DNA from: Planctomycetota bacterium | GTDB taxonomy: Bacteria > Planctomycetota > UBA8108 > SXIK01 | Assembly (NCBI GenBank): GCA_965223265.1 | Contig: OZ244999.1 | Coordinates: 9,115,497-9,179,496, forward strand | Direction of reading: 5' to 3' | DNA: 64,000 nucleotides | In this document: one piece after another, positions 10,148 through 21,450 of the stretch | How positions within the stretch are numbered: the stretch's first letter is position 1 | Layout of the letters: every line of letters begins with the position of its first letter | Position numbers and translations under genes: made by a program | Notes under the pieces: model-generated | Databases searched by the model: none | Told to the model about the DNA's origin: nothing | The model's input: only the letters and a program-made list of their open reading frames with translations

Positions 10148-12253
10148 ATGGTCACGCATAGAACGGTCTGTTCCCATGATTGCCCGGACGCGTGTGCGGT
10201 GCTTGTCGACGTAGAAGGTGGCCGAGCGGTTCGCTTTCGCGGCGACCCGGACCACCCCGTGACGGGTGGTTTTCTGTGTGGCAAGGTGTCGGCGTACGAC
10301 ACGGTCGTTCACGCGGAGAACCGACTGCTCCACCCGCTGCGCCGCGACGGTCCAAAGGGCGCCGGCAAGTTTCGCCGTGTGACCTGGGACGAAGCACTCG
10401 CGGAGCTCGTCGATCGCTTGTCCTCGGTTTACCGCAGCGTTGGACCCGAGGCGCTCCTTCTTTACTACTATGCGGGCACCATGGGGTACGTCCATCGCTT
10501 CGCCGCCGAGGCACTGTTCAATCGACTCGGCTCCACGCGTCTGCGGCAGAACATTTGTTACTACGGCGCTGATGCAGGTTACGCCTCCGTCGTCGGTGGC
10601 GGTTATGGACTCGACATGGAGGATGCGGTTGAGTCTGACCTACTCACGGTTTGGGGGGCGAACATCGCAACGACCCAGGTGCACCTGCTGCCGTTCTTGA
10701 ACGCTGCGCGCGCCAAAGGGGCACCTCTTTGGGTGATCGATCCATACCGCAATCGCACAGTGAGGCAGGCCGATCGTTGGCTCCAGGTGCGTCCGGGCAC
10801 GGACGCCGCGTTAGCGCTCGGTCTGATGCATCTGCTCGATCGTGAGAGTCTTGTCGACGAGCGGTTCATCTCCGAGCGTACCACGGGCTACGAACGGCTG
10901 CAGCGAGACGTGCTCCCAAAGTATTCTCCAGAGCGCGTCGCATCGATCACCGGGATTACGCCGCAAGACCTTGTCGATCTCGCCATGGCTCTCGGTAAGG
11001 CTCACGCTCCGCTCTTCAAGGTCGGGATTGGACTTGGCCGCAGCACGACGGGCGCCGCGGCAGTGCGCGCGATTTGCTGTCTCGCGGGTGTGTTGGGCGC
11101 GTTCGACCGCATCGGCGGCGGCGTGCTGTACGACTCCGGTTGCGAGTTCCGGCTCGATCTCTCCCCTCTCACGCGCCCAGATTGGCGCCTCGATGCGGCT
11201 CGCGAGATGAACATGACCGAACTCGCCGCGGCGCTTGATTCCTGGGATGATCCGCCGATCCGATTTCTTTATGTACACGGCTCGAACCCGGTCGCTACGG
11301 CACCCTTGCAGGCTCAGCTGCGCCGGGGCATGGCGCGAGATGATCTCTTCACCGTCGTGCACGAGCGCTTCATGACCGACACCGCCACCTATGCGGACCT
11401 CGTCTTGCCGGCCGTGACCTTTGCTGAGTCGAGCGATTTGTACAAAAGTTACGGCCATCTCTACTTGCAGTTCGCAAAGCGAGCGATTGCGCCCGTCGGA
11501 GAATCTCGAACGAACCTCGAGGTTGTCCAGGAGATTGGTCGACGGCTTGGTTTTGAAGATCGTTGGTTCGATGCGACAGTCGACGAACTCGTGCGGGAGA
11601 TCCTCCAGGCGTCGACGCATAGGAACCTCGCCAGCGTCGACATCGATCGACTCCTCCAGGGTGAGTGGCAGCGGCTCGACTTGCCGCGTGGGGAGCCAGG
11701 CTTCGCCGCGGGATTCCCCACGCCGTCCGGGCGTCTGGAGTTCTTCTCGGAGAGCTTGGCGGCGTCGAGCTTGCCAGGGATCGTCGAGCACGATCAACGC
11801 GCGGCGGACCGATCGACAGAGAGTCACCCGCTACGCCTTCTGACGCCGCCGGCGCACGCCTTTTTGAACAGTTCGTTCGGCCACTCGTCGCGATCGCGTC
11901 GGCGCGAGTCAGGTGAGCCGGTGTGTTTGGTCCATCCCGACGACGCAGGCGCCGTTGGCAGCGTTGGCATCAAGAGCGGAGATCTTGTGGAACTGTTCAA
12001 CGGGCACGGCTGCGTGTGCTTGCGCGCGAATGTGACACGAGATACGCTCCGCGGTGTCGTTGTGGCCGAAGGAACGTGGTGGCCGCAGGCGTGCCCTGGT
12101 GGTCGTGGGATCAACGAGCTGACGAGCGATCGGTTGACAGATCTCGGCGGTGGCAGCACTTTTCATGACAACTACGTTGGACTCAGGCTCGCTTCTCGGG
12201 ACGTCTCGAGTACAACCGAATCAGGCGGTTTCCAGGCGCGCGTTGAATTGTAG
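10148..12253 (+). CDS. Molybdopterin oxidoreductase family protein with N-terminal 4Fe-4S cluster
   Basis: CSHDCPDAC...FLCGK, GTDAALALG, FMTDTATYADLVLPA, C-terminal molydop-binding domain; no Tat signal. Confidence 0.9.
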   Translation: MVTHRTVCSHDCPDACAVLVDVEGGRAVRFRGDPDHPVTGGFLCGKVSAYDTVVHAENRLLHPLRRDGPKGAGKFRRVTWDEALAELVDRLSSVYRSVGPEALLLYYYAGTMGYVHRFAAEALFNRLGSTRLRQNICYYGADAGYASVVGGGYGLDMEDAVESDLLTVWGANIATTQVHLLPFLNAARAKGAPLWVIDPYRNRTVRQADRWLQVRPGTDAALALGLMHLLDRESLVDERFISERTTGYERLQRDVLPKYSPERVASITGITPQDLVDLAMALGKAHAPLFKVGIGLGRSTTGAAAVRAICCLAGVLGAFDRIGGGVLYDSGCEFRLDLSPLTRPDWRLDAAREMNMTELAAALDSWDDPPIRFLYVHGSNPVATAPLQAQLRRGMARDDLFTVVHERFMTDTATYADLVLPAVTFAESSDLYKSYGHLYLQFAKRAIAPVGESRTNLEVVQEIGRRLGFEDRWFDATVDELVREILQASTHRNLASVDIDRLLQGEWQRLDLPRGEPGFAAGFPTPSGRLEFFSESLAASSLPGIVEHDQRAADRSTESHPLRLLTPPAHAFLNSSFGHSSRSRRRESGEPVCLVHPDDAGAVGSVGIKSGDLVELFNGHGCVCLRANVTRDTLRGVVVAEGTWWPQACPGGRGINELTSDRLTDLGGGSTFHDNYVGLRLASRDVSSTTESGGFQARVEL

Positions 12254-12276
12254 TGAGGTGAGGACTGAGACGAGTG

Positions 12277-14250
12277 ATGGCGAAAGAGGATCGGCGAAGG
12301 CGCATCGAGTACCTCGAAGAAGAAATCCGCTCACATCGGCAACTCTACTACGCCGGTACACCGAGAGTCTCCGACGCAGAATTCGACGCTCTCGAGGACG
12401 AGCTGCGTGAGCTCGCCCCTGAGAGTCGCGTTCTCGCGGAAGTCGGTGCTCCGCCCGACGAGCTGACCCGAGTTTCCGGCGCCGGACTGCCGACGAAGGC
12501 GCACAAAATCCCGATGGGGTCGCTTGAGAAGGTGACTGACGACAAGCTTGAGAACTGGGCGGCGCAGCGGGGGGACGAATTCCTCGTCCAAGAGAAGCTC
12601 GACGGAATCAGCATGGAGCTCGAGTACGAAGACGGGAAACTGGTCGATGCGATCACTCGCGGAGACGGATACGTCGGCGAGGTCGTGACCCACAACGCGG
12701 TTTCTTTCAGGAACGTGGAGCGGGAACTGAACATCCCGTTCAGCGGCAGCGTGCGCGGCGAAGTAGTCTTGCGCCTCAGCGACTTCGAACGTTACTTCGT
12801 CGGCCGCAACTTTGCGAACCCTCGAAACACGGTGAGCGGCACGGTACGAAAGAAACATGGCGACCGATCACTCAACCAGTACTTCGAGATGATGTTTTAC
12901 GATGTGATCGTCGACGGCGTCGACTTCTCATCCGAGGACGAGAAGATGGCGTACCTGACGGAGCAACTCGAATTGCCGCTCGCGCCGTCGCACTTCGACT
13001 GTAGCGTCGAACGAATTCGCGAGATCTACGACGAGTATCAAGGTCAAGATGGCAAACCCGGACGTCGCTTCGAGCTTGATTACGAGATCGATGGACTTGT
13101 CGTTAGAGCCAATCAACTCGCGCTGCAGGCGAAGCTCGGTTGGCGTGGCAACCGGCCTCGTTTTGCGGTGGCCTTCAAATTCCCGTCTGAGGGGAAGACG
13201 ACCGCGCTGCAGGCGATCGACTGGTCCGTGGGACTTAGCGGACGTGTTACTCCAGTGGCTCGGCTCGAGCCTGTCGAGATCGCTGGTGTGCAGGTGTCGA
13301 ACGCGTCGCTTCACAACGCTGACTACGTCGAGGCCCTCGACGTGAGATTGGGTGACTTGGTGCTCGTAGAGCGCAAAGGCGACGTGATTCCAAAAGTGAT
13401 GCGGCTCGTCGAGCGGCGTGGCACGGAGAAGCCGGTCATTCCTACTTCTTGCCCGAGCTGCTACGCGGAGCTCGAGTTTTCCGGCAAGCATTTGAGCTGT
13501 CCGAATCCAAGCTGCCCGGAGAAGTCGTTCGGCGACATCTACCGCTGGATCCAGGAGATGGAAATCGATGCGCTCGGCGAGAAGTGGGTGCGTCTCCTCA
13601 TCGAACACGGCCTGGTCGATGACCCCGCTGACCTCTACACGCTGACGGTGGACCGCCTTCTCCCGTTGCCACGTATGGGCCAGACCCTTGCCAAGAAAAT
13701 CGTCAATAACATAGACCGGACGCGTCGGCCGACGCTGGACCGATTCGTAGCAGCGCTCAATGTTCGAGAGTTTTCCAGACAGCGCGCCCAAATGCTGATC
13801 GACGCAGAGTTCGACACGCTCGAGAAGATGCAGGCCGCCACGGTTTCCGAGCTGGCAGCGGTCAAGGGGTTTGGAGACGTCCTTGCAGAGCGTGCCGTGC
13901 ATGGCTTGGAAGCGCGTCGCGGGCGCATCGATCGCTTGCTCGGAGCTGGTATTCAGATCGCCCCTCCAGAGCCGCGTTCGCACGATGGAACCTTGACCGG
14001 TGCGACGTTTTGTTTCACGGGCGCGATCGCGCGAACGAATCCTGCAACTGGAAAGACGTACAAGCGCAAGGAAATGGAGGCCATCGTCAAAGCAAAAGGA
14101 GGAAAGGCCGTCGGCAGCGTCACGCAGGGGCTCGACTATCTCGTCATGGTCGATCCGGGTTCTACCTCAACAAAGGCGCAGAAGGCTCGAAAACTCGGAA
14201 CGAAGATCTTATCCGAGGAGGAGTTCTTCGAGCTCGTCGGCGAAGCATGA
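12277..14250 (+). CDS. ligA: NAD-dependent DNA ligase
   Basis: YY...SDAEFD, EKLDG adenylation motif, TRGDG, ANPRN, YEIDGLV, CPSC..CPNPSC zinc finger, HhH repeats and BRCT domain. Confidence 0.97.
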   Translation: MAKEDRRRRIEYLEEEIRSHRQLYYAGTPRVSDAEFDALEDELRELAPESRVLAEVGAPPDELTRVSGAGLPTKAHKIPMGSLEKVTDDKLENWAAQRGDEFLVQEKLDGISMELEYEDGKLVDAITRGDGYVGEVVTHNAVSFRNVERELNIPFSGSVRGEVVLRLSDFERYFVGRNFANPRNTVSGTVRKKHGDRSLNQYFEMMFYDVIVDGVDFSSEDEKMAYLTEQLELPLAPSHFDCSVERIREIYDEYQGQDGKPGRRFELDYEIDGLVVRANQLALQAKLGWRGNRPRFAVAFKFPSEGKTTALQAIDWSVGLSGRVTPVARLEPVEIAGVQVSNASLHNADYVEALDVRLGDLVLVERKGDVIPKVMRLVERRGTEKPVIPTSCPSCYAELEFSGKHLSCPNPSCPEKSFGDIYRWIQEMEIDALGEKWVRLLIEHGLVDDPADLYTLTVDRLLPLPRMGQTLAKKIVNNIDRTRRPTLDRFVAALNVREFSRQRAQMLIDAEFDTLEKMQAATVSELAAVKGFGDVLAERAVHGLEARRGRIDRLLGAGIQIAPPEPRSHDGTLTGATFCFTGAIARTNPATGKTYKRKEMEAIVKAKGGKAVGSVTQGLDYLVMVDPGSTSTKAQKARKLGTKILSEEEFFELVGEA

Positions 14251-14275
14251 AATCCCGGCGCGCGGAGGAGGCGTT

Positions 14276-14605
14276 GTGAGTTTGCGGTCATGGCTTGCTC
14301 GGATGCGGACTGCACGCCGTGCCCGGCGGTTGCTGGAGGCGGCGGTGGCCGGTGACGCGACGGCGCGCCATGGAACGTCACTGAAGCCTCGTCACGCGGG
14401 TCGATGCGTGATCCAAGAGATTCGTCAGGAGGACGGCGAAATTGTCGAAGTCTACTTCGGCATCGTGCGTCATCCACGCCCCTATGCGTTTTCTCGCCAA
14501 TCCCACAAGGTCTTGGAGTTCTACGTCTTGCGCGTCGACGAAAACCGTATCCAGCGGCTCCGGGGCGAGAACTTGACGCGGCAGGCAGGCCGCGACGCCG
14601 ATTGA
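14276..14605 (+). CDS. Hypothetical protein (109 aa)
   Basis: GTG with a strong GGAGGAGG RBS 26 bp after the ligA stop; fills the gap before the next gene; no family recognised. Confidence 0.6.
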   Translation: MSLRSWLARMRTARRARRLLEAAVAGDATARHGTSLKPRHAGRCVIQEIRQEDGEIVEVYFGIVRHPRPYAFSRQSHKVLEFYVLRVDENRIQRLRGENLTRQAGRDAD

Positions 14606-14804
14606 GTGCAACGCGCTCAGCGTGCCCTAGGATTTCTCTCGCGGCTCTCTTTACAGTAGCTAAACTAGTACTCTGTCCGAACCATCCTTCGCCGTGTTGG
14701 CGACAGCGTGGAGCCCGTTCCGCGCTGCGTCGAACGACACTCGCTGACCTGGAGTTCGTCCACCACATGTCTACGACACCGAGTTCAGGCTCTTCGTCAA
14801 AGCG

Positions 14805-16436
14805 ATGAATCTTGCGGAGCTCACCGATCGTTTCTTGGGCATCTACTTCGACGCTCATCCGACGGCGGCCGTGCGACTCGGTCTTCATGAATACGACGGG
14901 CGCCTGCCGCAGCGTTCTGTTGCCGCGATCGACGCTCTCGCGCGGTCAATGCACGAGATCGCCACTCAACTCAACTCGGTTCCGGTTCCCGCCGCATCGA
15001 CACCCGAGTGGCTGGACTATCAGCTATTGAAGTATGCCTCGCGGTCGATATGCCACCGCTTCGAGGGAATGCGACATTGGCAGACGAATTTGATGAGCTA
15101 TGTCGGGGCCAGCGATGTGAGCATCTACGTGCGGCGTCGCTATGCAGAAGTAGACGTTCGGGCTCGCGCGGCGTCGAGCCATCTCCGAGCGTTGCCGTCG
15201 TATCTCGAGCAAGCGCAGCAGAATCTTGCTGAAGGTGCAGCCGCCGTGCCCCTTGAGGTCGGAATCGGCGTGCTGAAGAGTCAGCGTCGGTTCGTGGCGG
15301 AGACCTTGGCGCAGGCGTTCGCAGAAGCGTCGACAGGCGTTCAGCAGGAACTGCAGCGCTCGATCGACTCGTCGCTGCCCGCGTTCGACGCCTGTGTCGC
15401 CGCGCTGAGCGAGTCGGGATCGAAGACTTGCGGCGATTTCGCGATCGGCGACAGCAACTTCCAACTCATGCTGAAGTTTTCAGAGGCGATCGACACCGAT
15501 GTCGATGCAGTCCTCGCCGCCGGCGAAGCTGACCTCCATGCGAACGCCCAGGCGTTTCGTGCTACCGGGGCCCGACTTTGTCCGCACGGGACACCAGCTG
15601 AAGCGCTGCGCCTGGCCGAGACTGAAGTGCAGGCCTGCGAAGTGGTCGCGTCAGCGAGGCAGCTGATGCTTGAGCTCAAGACTTTCACTATCGAAAACGA
15701 CCTCGTCACCGTTCCCGAGGCGACTGATTGCAACGTTGAAGCGACGCCGAGCTACTTTCGCCCCGCTTTTGCTATGCTCGAAGCTCCGGGTCCGTACGAG
15801 TCGGGGGCTTCGGAAGCGTTTTACTACGTCACTCTGCCCGACGAGACGTGGCCAGAAGATCGTCAGCGTCAATGGCTGACGCAGTTCGAGCCGGCGAGTC
15901 TGGCACTGGTGTCGATTCACGAGGGCTGGCCGGGCCATTTCTTGCACTGGCTCCACTATCTGCAGTCTCCAACGCCTCTGGCGTGCGTCTGCGATGCCTA
16001 CTCCTCCTGGGAAGCATGGGCGCATTATTGCGAAGAGATGGTGCTCGAAGTTGGCTATGGCGCCGACGATGAACGTTTGCGCTTGGCCCAGCTGCAAGAG
16101 GCGCTCATTCGCAACGTGCGTTTGATCGCGGCGATCAAGATGCACCGCGGGGAGATGAGTGTAGATCAGGCATACGATCTGTTTCGGAGCGCCGCGTATC
16201 TGACCGATACCGCGGCACGCGAAGAGGCGCGGCGCGGCACCTATGACCCAGGCTACCTGAACTACACCCTCGGCAAGATGCTGTTGAAGAGCTTACGGCA
16301 GGAGTATCGACAACGGCGTCCTTCCAACGAGTCGCTGCGGAGTTTCCACGATGCGTTTCTGAGTTTCGGCGCCGTACCGGTACCGCTAGCGCGGGCTATG
16401 ATGCTCGGCGAGGATGCAGTGCTCGCCAAGTACTGA
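14805..16436 (+). CDS. DUF885 family protein (putative metallopeptidase)
   Basis: HPTAAVRLGLHEYDG N-terminus, HEGWPGH, EAWAHYCE, YLNYTLGK, LRSFHDAFL. Confidence 0.88.
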   Translation: MNLAELTDRFLGIYFDAHPTAAVRLGLHEYDGRLPQRSVAAIDALARSMHEIATQLNSVPVPAASTPEWLDYQLLKYASRSICHRFEGMRHWQTNLMSYVGASDVSIYVRRRYAEVDVRARAASSHLRALPSYLEQAQQNLAEGAAAVPLEVGIGVLKSQRRFVAETLAQAFAEASTGVQQELQRSIDSSLPAFDACVAALSESGSKTCGDFAIGDSNFQLMLKFSEAIDTDVDAVLAAGEADLHANAQAFRATGARLCPHGTPAEALRLAETEVQACEVVASARQLMLELKTFTIENDLVTVPEATDCNVEATPSYFRPAFAMLEAPGPYESGASEAFYYVTLPDETWPEDRQRQWLTQFEPASLALVSIHEGWPGHFLHWLHYLQSPTPLACVCDAYSSWEAWAHYCEEMVLEVGYGADDERLRLAQLQEALIRNVRLIAAIKMHRGEMSVDQAYDLFRSAAYLTDTAAREEARRGTYDPGYLNYTLGKMLLKSLRQEYRQRRPSNESLRSFHDAFLSFGAVPVPLARAMMLGEDAVLAKY

Positions 16437-16512
16437 CGCTAGCAATCAGTCATCGATGATTTGCTTGAGACTCTCGCGGGCGACCACTTCGGACGGAACA
16501 GGTCACGACTGA

Positions 16513-17991
16513 TCAAGCAATGACGTCATTCACAACGCGACCGTGGACGTCGGTGAGGCGGTACTCTCGTCCCTGAAAACGGTGTGTCAGCCGGGTGTGA
16601 TCGATCCCGAGGAGATGGAGGATCGTTGCCTGCACGTCGTGGATGTGCACGGGATTCTCGGCGACGTTGTAACTGAAGTCGTCGGTAGCACCGTACGTCA
16701 GACCGCCCCGTATGCCACCGCCTGCCATCCACATCGTGAAGCAGTGCGGATGATGGTCTCGTCCATAGATTTCGCGCGTTAGTTTGCCTTGGCAGAACGA
16801 GGTGCGCCCGAATTCGCCACCCCAAATGATCAGAGTTTCGTCCAAGAGGCCTCGTCGCTTGAGATCGGCGATGAGCGCCGCGGTGGGCTGGTCGACGTCC
16901 CGACACATCAGCGGCAAATCGCGCGGGATGTTCTGGTGGTGATCCCAGCCAACGTGATAGAGCTGCACGAAGCGGACCCCGCGTTCGATCATCCGTCGAG
17001 CCAGAAGACAGTTCGCAGCGTAGGATCCACGCCGCTGGGTGTCGTCGCCATAGAGTCGAAGGGTGTCCTCGCTTTCGCCCGAAATGTCGAGTAGCTCCGG
17101 CACGGACGCCTGCATGCGAAACGCCATCTCATACTGTTGAATGCGGGCAGTGATTTCGGGGTCGCCGAGAAGCTGAGCGCGCGCGGTATTGAGGCGTGCG
17201 AGGGCATCGAGGGAGCTTGCTTGCACATTTCGGTCGACACCCTCTGGGTTGGAGACGTAAAGGATCGGGTCGCCGACAGACTGTAGCTTCACGCCTTGGT
17301 ACTGAGACGGTAGGAAGCCACTGCCCCACAGGCGACTGGAGACCGGCTGCGGCGTGCGCTTGCAGCTGCCGATCGACGTCAGGACCATGAACGAGGGGAG
17401 ATCGTCGCACTCGCTGCCAAGCCCGTACGTCACCCAAGTTCCGAGGCTCGGACGACCAGCGAGCTGCGCTCCCGTTTGAATGAGGGTTCGCGCTGGGTCA
17501 TGGTTGATCGCCTCCGAATGAATCGAATAGATGAAACAGATTTCGTTTGCGACAGACGCCGTGTGCGGCAGCAACTCTGTCACCCACGCGCCGCCGGCGC
17601 CGTGACGCGTGAAGCGGAACTTCGACGGGGCGATCGGCAATCTCTTTTGATCTTTAGTGAAACCAGTGAGGCGCTGCCCCCGCCGAACACTTGGCGGCAA
17701 GTCGACGCCAAAGCGTGCAGTGAGGTGTGGCTTGTGGTCGTAGAGATCCATCTGCGACGGGCCACCCGACTGAAACAGATAGATGACGCGCTTGGCCTTC
17801 GGCGCGAAACTACGCACATCTTTGATACCACCAAACTCATCTCGCGTTAACTGGGGGTCCGCTGCTAGAAGCTTCGACCCAAGCATCGATGTCAAGGCAG
17901 TAGCGCCGAGATTGAACGCGCTGGAAGCTAAGAAGTGACGTCTTGTCTCCGCTTCGCGGCGAGCTTCGGTGGAAAGTGAATCGCGCATCAT
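16513..17991 (-). CDS. DUF1501 domain protein (Tat-like signal)
   Basis: TRRHFL, KAKRVIYLFQSGGPSQMDLYD, INHDPA, GWDHH, WGGEFGRT, GRDHHP, RLTDVHG. Confidence 0.93.
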   Translation of the reverse strand: MMRDSLSTEARREAETRRHFLASSAFNLGATALTSMLGSKLLAADPQLTRDEFGGIKDVRSFAPKAKRVIYLFQSGGPSQMDLYDHKPHLTARFGVDLPPSVRRGQRLTGFTKDQKRLPIAPSKFRFTRHGAGGAWVTELLPHTASVANEICFIYSIHSEAINHDPARTLIQTGAQLAGRPSLGTWVTYGLGSECDDLPSFMVLTSIGSCKRTPQPVSSRLWGSGFLPSQYQGVKLQSVGDPILYVSNPEGVDRNVQASSLDALARLNTARAQLLGDPEITARIQQYEMAFRMQASVPELLDISGESEDTLRLYGDDTQRRGSYAANCLLARRMIERGVRFVQLYHVGWDHHQNIPRDLPLMCRDVDQPTAALIADLKRRGLLDETLIIWGGEFGRTSFCQGKLTREIYGRDHHPHCFTMWMAGGGIRGGLTYGATDDFSYNVAENPVHIHDVQATILHLLGIDHTRLTHRFQGREYRLTDVHGRVVNDVIA

Positions 17992-20435
17992 TCTCTGGTG
18001 AGCGTCTCATCAAGGTTAAGGAGAATCCGTGCGACGGCGGTGTAAGCGGCGAGCTCCGGGGCGTTGAGGTCAGAGGGCGTGCGGGATTCCCCGGTGCCGA
18101 TCAACTTTCGCGCCGCGTCGGTGTCGGCGCGGTAGTGCGCGAGGTACTCGTCTAGCTTTGAGAGAAGAATCTTCTGCTCGTGCTCCGTCGGCGGACGAGC
18201 GACGACGAACTCCATCGCCAGTCGGACGCGCTCGGCTGGGCTATCGCCACCGTCGCGGATCAGACGGGCGGCGAAGGCGCGCGCGGCTTCGACGAAGGTG
18301 ACGTCGTTGAGTAGAAGAAGCGCCTGAAGCGGCGTGTTCGTTCGCTTTTGCGTGACGCGGCAGGTGTCGCGTTCGTTGGCGTCCAAGAGCATCATGAGTG
18401 GCGGCTTGACCGCGCGGCGCCAAAGGGTGTAGAGGCTTCGTCGGTACAGCTTGTCGCCACTGTCGCGATAGTAGACCTTGCCTCCCTTGATGATCTCTCG
18501 CCACAAACCCTCGGGTTGATAGGGTTTGACGGGCGCTCCACCCATCTGTTCATTGAGCAGGCCACTGACGACCAGGGCCTGATCGCGAATTATAGCAGCG
18601 GACAGCCGCAAACGGGCGCCGCGTCCGAGCAGGCGGTTTTCCGGGTCATGCCGCAGCAACGCCGGTGTCGCCTGGGAGGATTGGCGGTACGTCTGGCTGC
18701 AAACGATGAGCTTCTGCAGCTTCTTGACGTTCCAGCCTGAGGTGACGAATTCGCGCGCCAGGAAATCGAGCAGTTCAGGATGCGACGGTGCGTCGCCCTG
18801 CGAGCCGAAGTCTTCCTGCGTTTTCACTAAGCCGCGGCCGAAGTAGTGCTCCCAAAAGCGGTTGACCGCGACGCGCGCGGTGAGTGGATGCTCGGGATTC
18901 GTGAGCCAGCGAGCCAAACCGAGCCGGTTGCGTGGCAATCCCTCCGTCATGCCTGGTAGCCAAGAGGGAGTGCCGGCATCGACACGGACCCCGGGTCGAT
19001 CGTAGGCGCCACGCGTGAGGATGTGCGTTGCCCGCGGCTTGTCCATCTCTGCCATGACCATCACTTTCGCGCCGGTTTTCAGCAGCTCGCTCTGACGCAG
19101 CTCCAGCGCGCAAATCTCGTTCTCCCGTGACTGGCGCTCGTCTTCGGATTGAGACACACCGGATGCCTTGAGCAGAGATTCGAGGCGCACAGAATTGGCC
19201 TCGTATTCGCCCATGAGGTCTAAGCGCGGCACGTGCAACATCGGTGCTGCGTCGCGGTCGCCTCTCGCTTTGCCCTTTTCAGGTACGTTGTGGAAGAACG
19301 CGAAGAAGCGGTAGTAATCCGCCTGCGTGATCGGGTCGAACTTGTGATCGTGGCAGCGGGCACAGCCCCACGTTAGCCCCATGAACACCGTGACAGCGGT
19401 TTCAGTACGATCGGCGACGTACTCGATGAGCCACTCCTCGGGCAGGATCCCGCCTTCGTTGTTGAGCCGATGGTTGCGATTGAAGCCTGTCGCCAGGCGC
19501 TGCGGGAGAGTCGGACTGTCGAGAAGGTCCCCTGCGAGCTGCTCGGTGAGGAAGTCATCGTACGCCATGTTGGAGTTGAACGCTGCGACGACCCAATCGC
19601 GCCACGGCCACATGGTGCGCAGAGGATCGCTCTCGTATCCGTCGCTGTCGGCGTAGCGTGCGGCGTCGAGCCAGCGATAGGCGAAGTGTTCTCCGAAGCG
19701 CGGCGAATTCAGAAGACGGTCGACGACATTTTCGTAGGCGGTGTCTGCATCGGACAGGTCTGCCAAATAATCTTGGATTTCTGTGGGCGTCGGAGGAAGT
19801 CCTGTGAGGTCCAGCGTCACCCGTCGGATCAGCGTCCGTCGATCGGCTGGCGGAGAGAGTCCGAGGTCCTCGCTCGCAAGTCGCCGGCGCACGAATGCGT
19901 CGATAGAATTCTCTGCCAGCCCGGGCAGGTCGCGCGGCGATGCGGTTCGCTTCAGCGGCACGAACGCCCAATGTTGCTCATAGGGCGCGCCTGCAGAGAT
20001 CCATCGGTCGAGGATCTCGACCTCGGCTGCCGACAATTGCTTCTGCGACTCAGCCGGCGGCATGCGGCGCGTATCGTCGGCTGTCTTGATTCGTGCGAGT
20101 AGGATGCTATCCTCTGGCCGCTCCGAGCTGAGGACGCCGCTTGCGGCGGCGCGATCGTCGAGCCGCAGGTCTCCTTGGCGGGCCGCCTCGTCTGGTCCGT
20201 GGCACGCGAAACACTTTCCGGAGAGGATCGGCCTCACGTCGCGGTTAAACCGAACGGGCGTCGTTCCCGTCGCGATGCGCTCGGCACTGATGGGGGCGCA
20301 GAGGCAGACGATCGCTGCCGCGGCGAGCGTGAGTTTGCCGCAACCTCCCGAGGCGGTGGGGAACCGGATTGCGGCTCGAAGCGCGGCGTTCGATCGGCTG
20401 CTAAGGGAGATGTGAGTGAGCGGTGACTGGGGCAT
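17988..20435 (-). CDS. PSD1 / planctomycete cytochrome c domain protein (PSCyt1-DUF1549-DUF1553)
   Basis: [62 protein letters not shown]; start uncertain; overlaps the DUF1501 start. Confidence 0.92.
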   Translation of the reverse strand: MPQSPLTHISLSSRSNAALRAAIRFPTASGGCGKLTLAAAAIVCLCAPISAERIATGTTPVRFNRDVRPILSGKCFACHGPDEAARQGDLRLDDRAAASGVLSSERPEDSILLARIKTADDTRRMPPAESQKQLSAAEVEILDRWISAGAPYEQHWAFVPLKRTASPRDLPGLAENSIDAFVRRRLASEDLGLSPPADRRTLIRRVTLDLTGLPPTPTEIQDYLADLSDADTAYENVVDRLLNSPRFGEHFAYRWLDAARYADSDGYESDPLRTMWPWRDWVVAAFNSNMAYDDFLTEQLAGDLLDSPTLPQRLATGFNRNHRLNNEGGILPEEWLIEYVADRTETAVTVFMGLTWGCARCHDHKFDPITQADYYRFFAFFHNVPEKGKARGDRDAAPMLHVPRLDLMGEYEANSVRLESLLKASGVSQSEDERQSRENEICALELRQSELLKTGAKVMVMAEMDKPRATHILTRGAYDRPGVRVDAGTPSWLPGMTEGLPRNRLGLARWLTNPEHPLTARVAVNRFWEHYFGRGLVKTQEDFGSQGDAPSHPELLDFLAREFVTSGWNVKKLQKLIVCSQTYRQSSQATPALLRHDPENRLLGRGARLRLSAAIIRDQALVVSGLLNEQMGGAPVKPYQPEGLWREIIKGGKVYYRDSGDKLYRRSLYTLWRRAVKPPLMMLLDANERDTCRVTQKRTNTPLQALLLLNDVTFVEAARAFAARLIRDGGDSPAERVRLAMEFVVARPPTEHEQKILLSKLDEYLAHYRADTDAARKLIGTGESRTPSDLNAPELAAYTAVARILLNLDETLTRE

Positions 20436-20691
20436 GACGAGTTGGGGGCATGCCGGCGCCAGTTGGAAACCGGCGCAGACGGAGGTCGCTTCAAAAACCA
20501 AACCTGAGGATACCATCCTGAGCCGTCGAGCTTGCGAAATCAAGCGACGCCCGCGCATCGAACGACGGCAATTGCGGCAGTGGTGACGCCCGAATCGGAG
20601 GTGAAGCGTGAGGTTTTCCCGTGGGGCCTTGCCGCTACGGTGCTATACTCGCGCCGTGAATTTCTGACCACCAGCGGCGTGAGGACACGAG

Positions 20692-21393
20692 GTGAGCGAC
20701 AGGGGAGTCTGGCGAAGTGATGGAGACTTGGAGTTCGTCGGGGACTCGTCCTGCGATTCCAGCTCGACGGCCAGCTTGGTCGAGCTCGACCTTGATCCCG
20801 TCATTGATCTGCCCGGCGACGTGCACGACTATCTCGTCGACGCCGACGCCAGGATTGATGCGTTTTTCAAACGCCATTCTCGGGCCCAGCGAATGGGATT
20901 CTTTCCCAGCGACTATCCGCTGATCTACGGCGCGCTCGTCGCTCTACGTGAGCATGATCCGGAGCCGGGTCGATTCTGTGAATGGGGTAGCGGTTTTGGC
21001 GTTGTCGCCGGACTTGGATCACTCCTCGGCTATGAGTCGTATGGCATCGAGATCGATCCGCGCCTCATCGGCGTCTCGCGCGAGTTTCTTCGCTCGCATC
21101 GTCTCGACGTGGAGATCTTGGAGGGCAGCTTCATCCCTGACGAGTATCTCCGCACCGAGACCTTTTCAGATCGCGACACCGCGACCATCATCACCGGCCC
21201 TGGTGCCATCGACGAAGTGGACATGCCTATCGACGACTTCGATCTCATCTTCGCCTTTCCCTGGCCAACAGAAGATGTGATGTACCGCGACCTTTTCGCC
21301 CGCTTCGGAGCCGACGGCGCAATCTTCATGACATACCACGCCGTCGAGGAGGTACGAGCCTATCGCAAGGTGAGCGCCAATACTTCGACTTAG
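20692..21393 (+). CDS. Class I SAM-dependent methyltransferase-like protein
   Basis: FCEWGSGFG motif I, YGIEID, ILEGSF, DLIFAFPWP. Confidence 0.7.
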   Translation: MSDRGVWRSDGDLEFVGDSSCDSSSTASLVELDLDPVIDLPGDVHDYLVDADARIDAFFKRHSRAQRMGFFPSDYPLIYGALVALREHDPEPGRFCEWGSGFGVVAGLGSLLGYESYGIEIDPRLIGVSREFLRSHRLDVEILEGSFIPDEYLRTETFSDRDTATIITGPGAIDEVDMPIDDFDLIFAFPWPTEDVMYRDLFARFGADGAIFMTYHAVEEVRAYRKVSANTST

Positions 21394-21450
21394 CCTTGGC
21401 GCCTTTCGACTGCGCGCGCACTCAGCAATCACTGAGCGGCGTGAGGGAAG

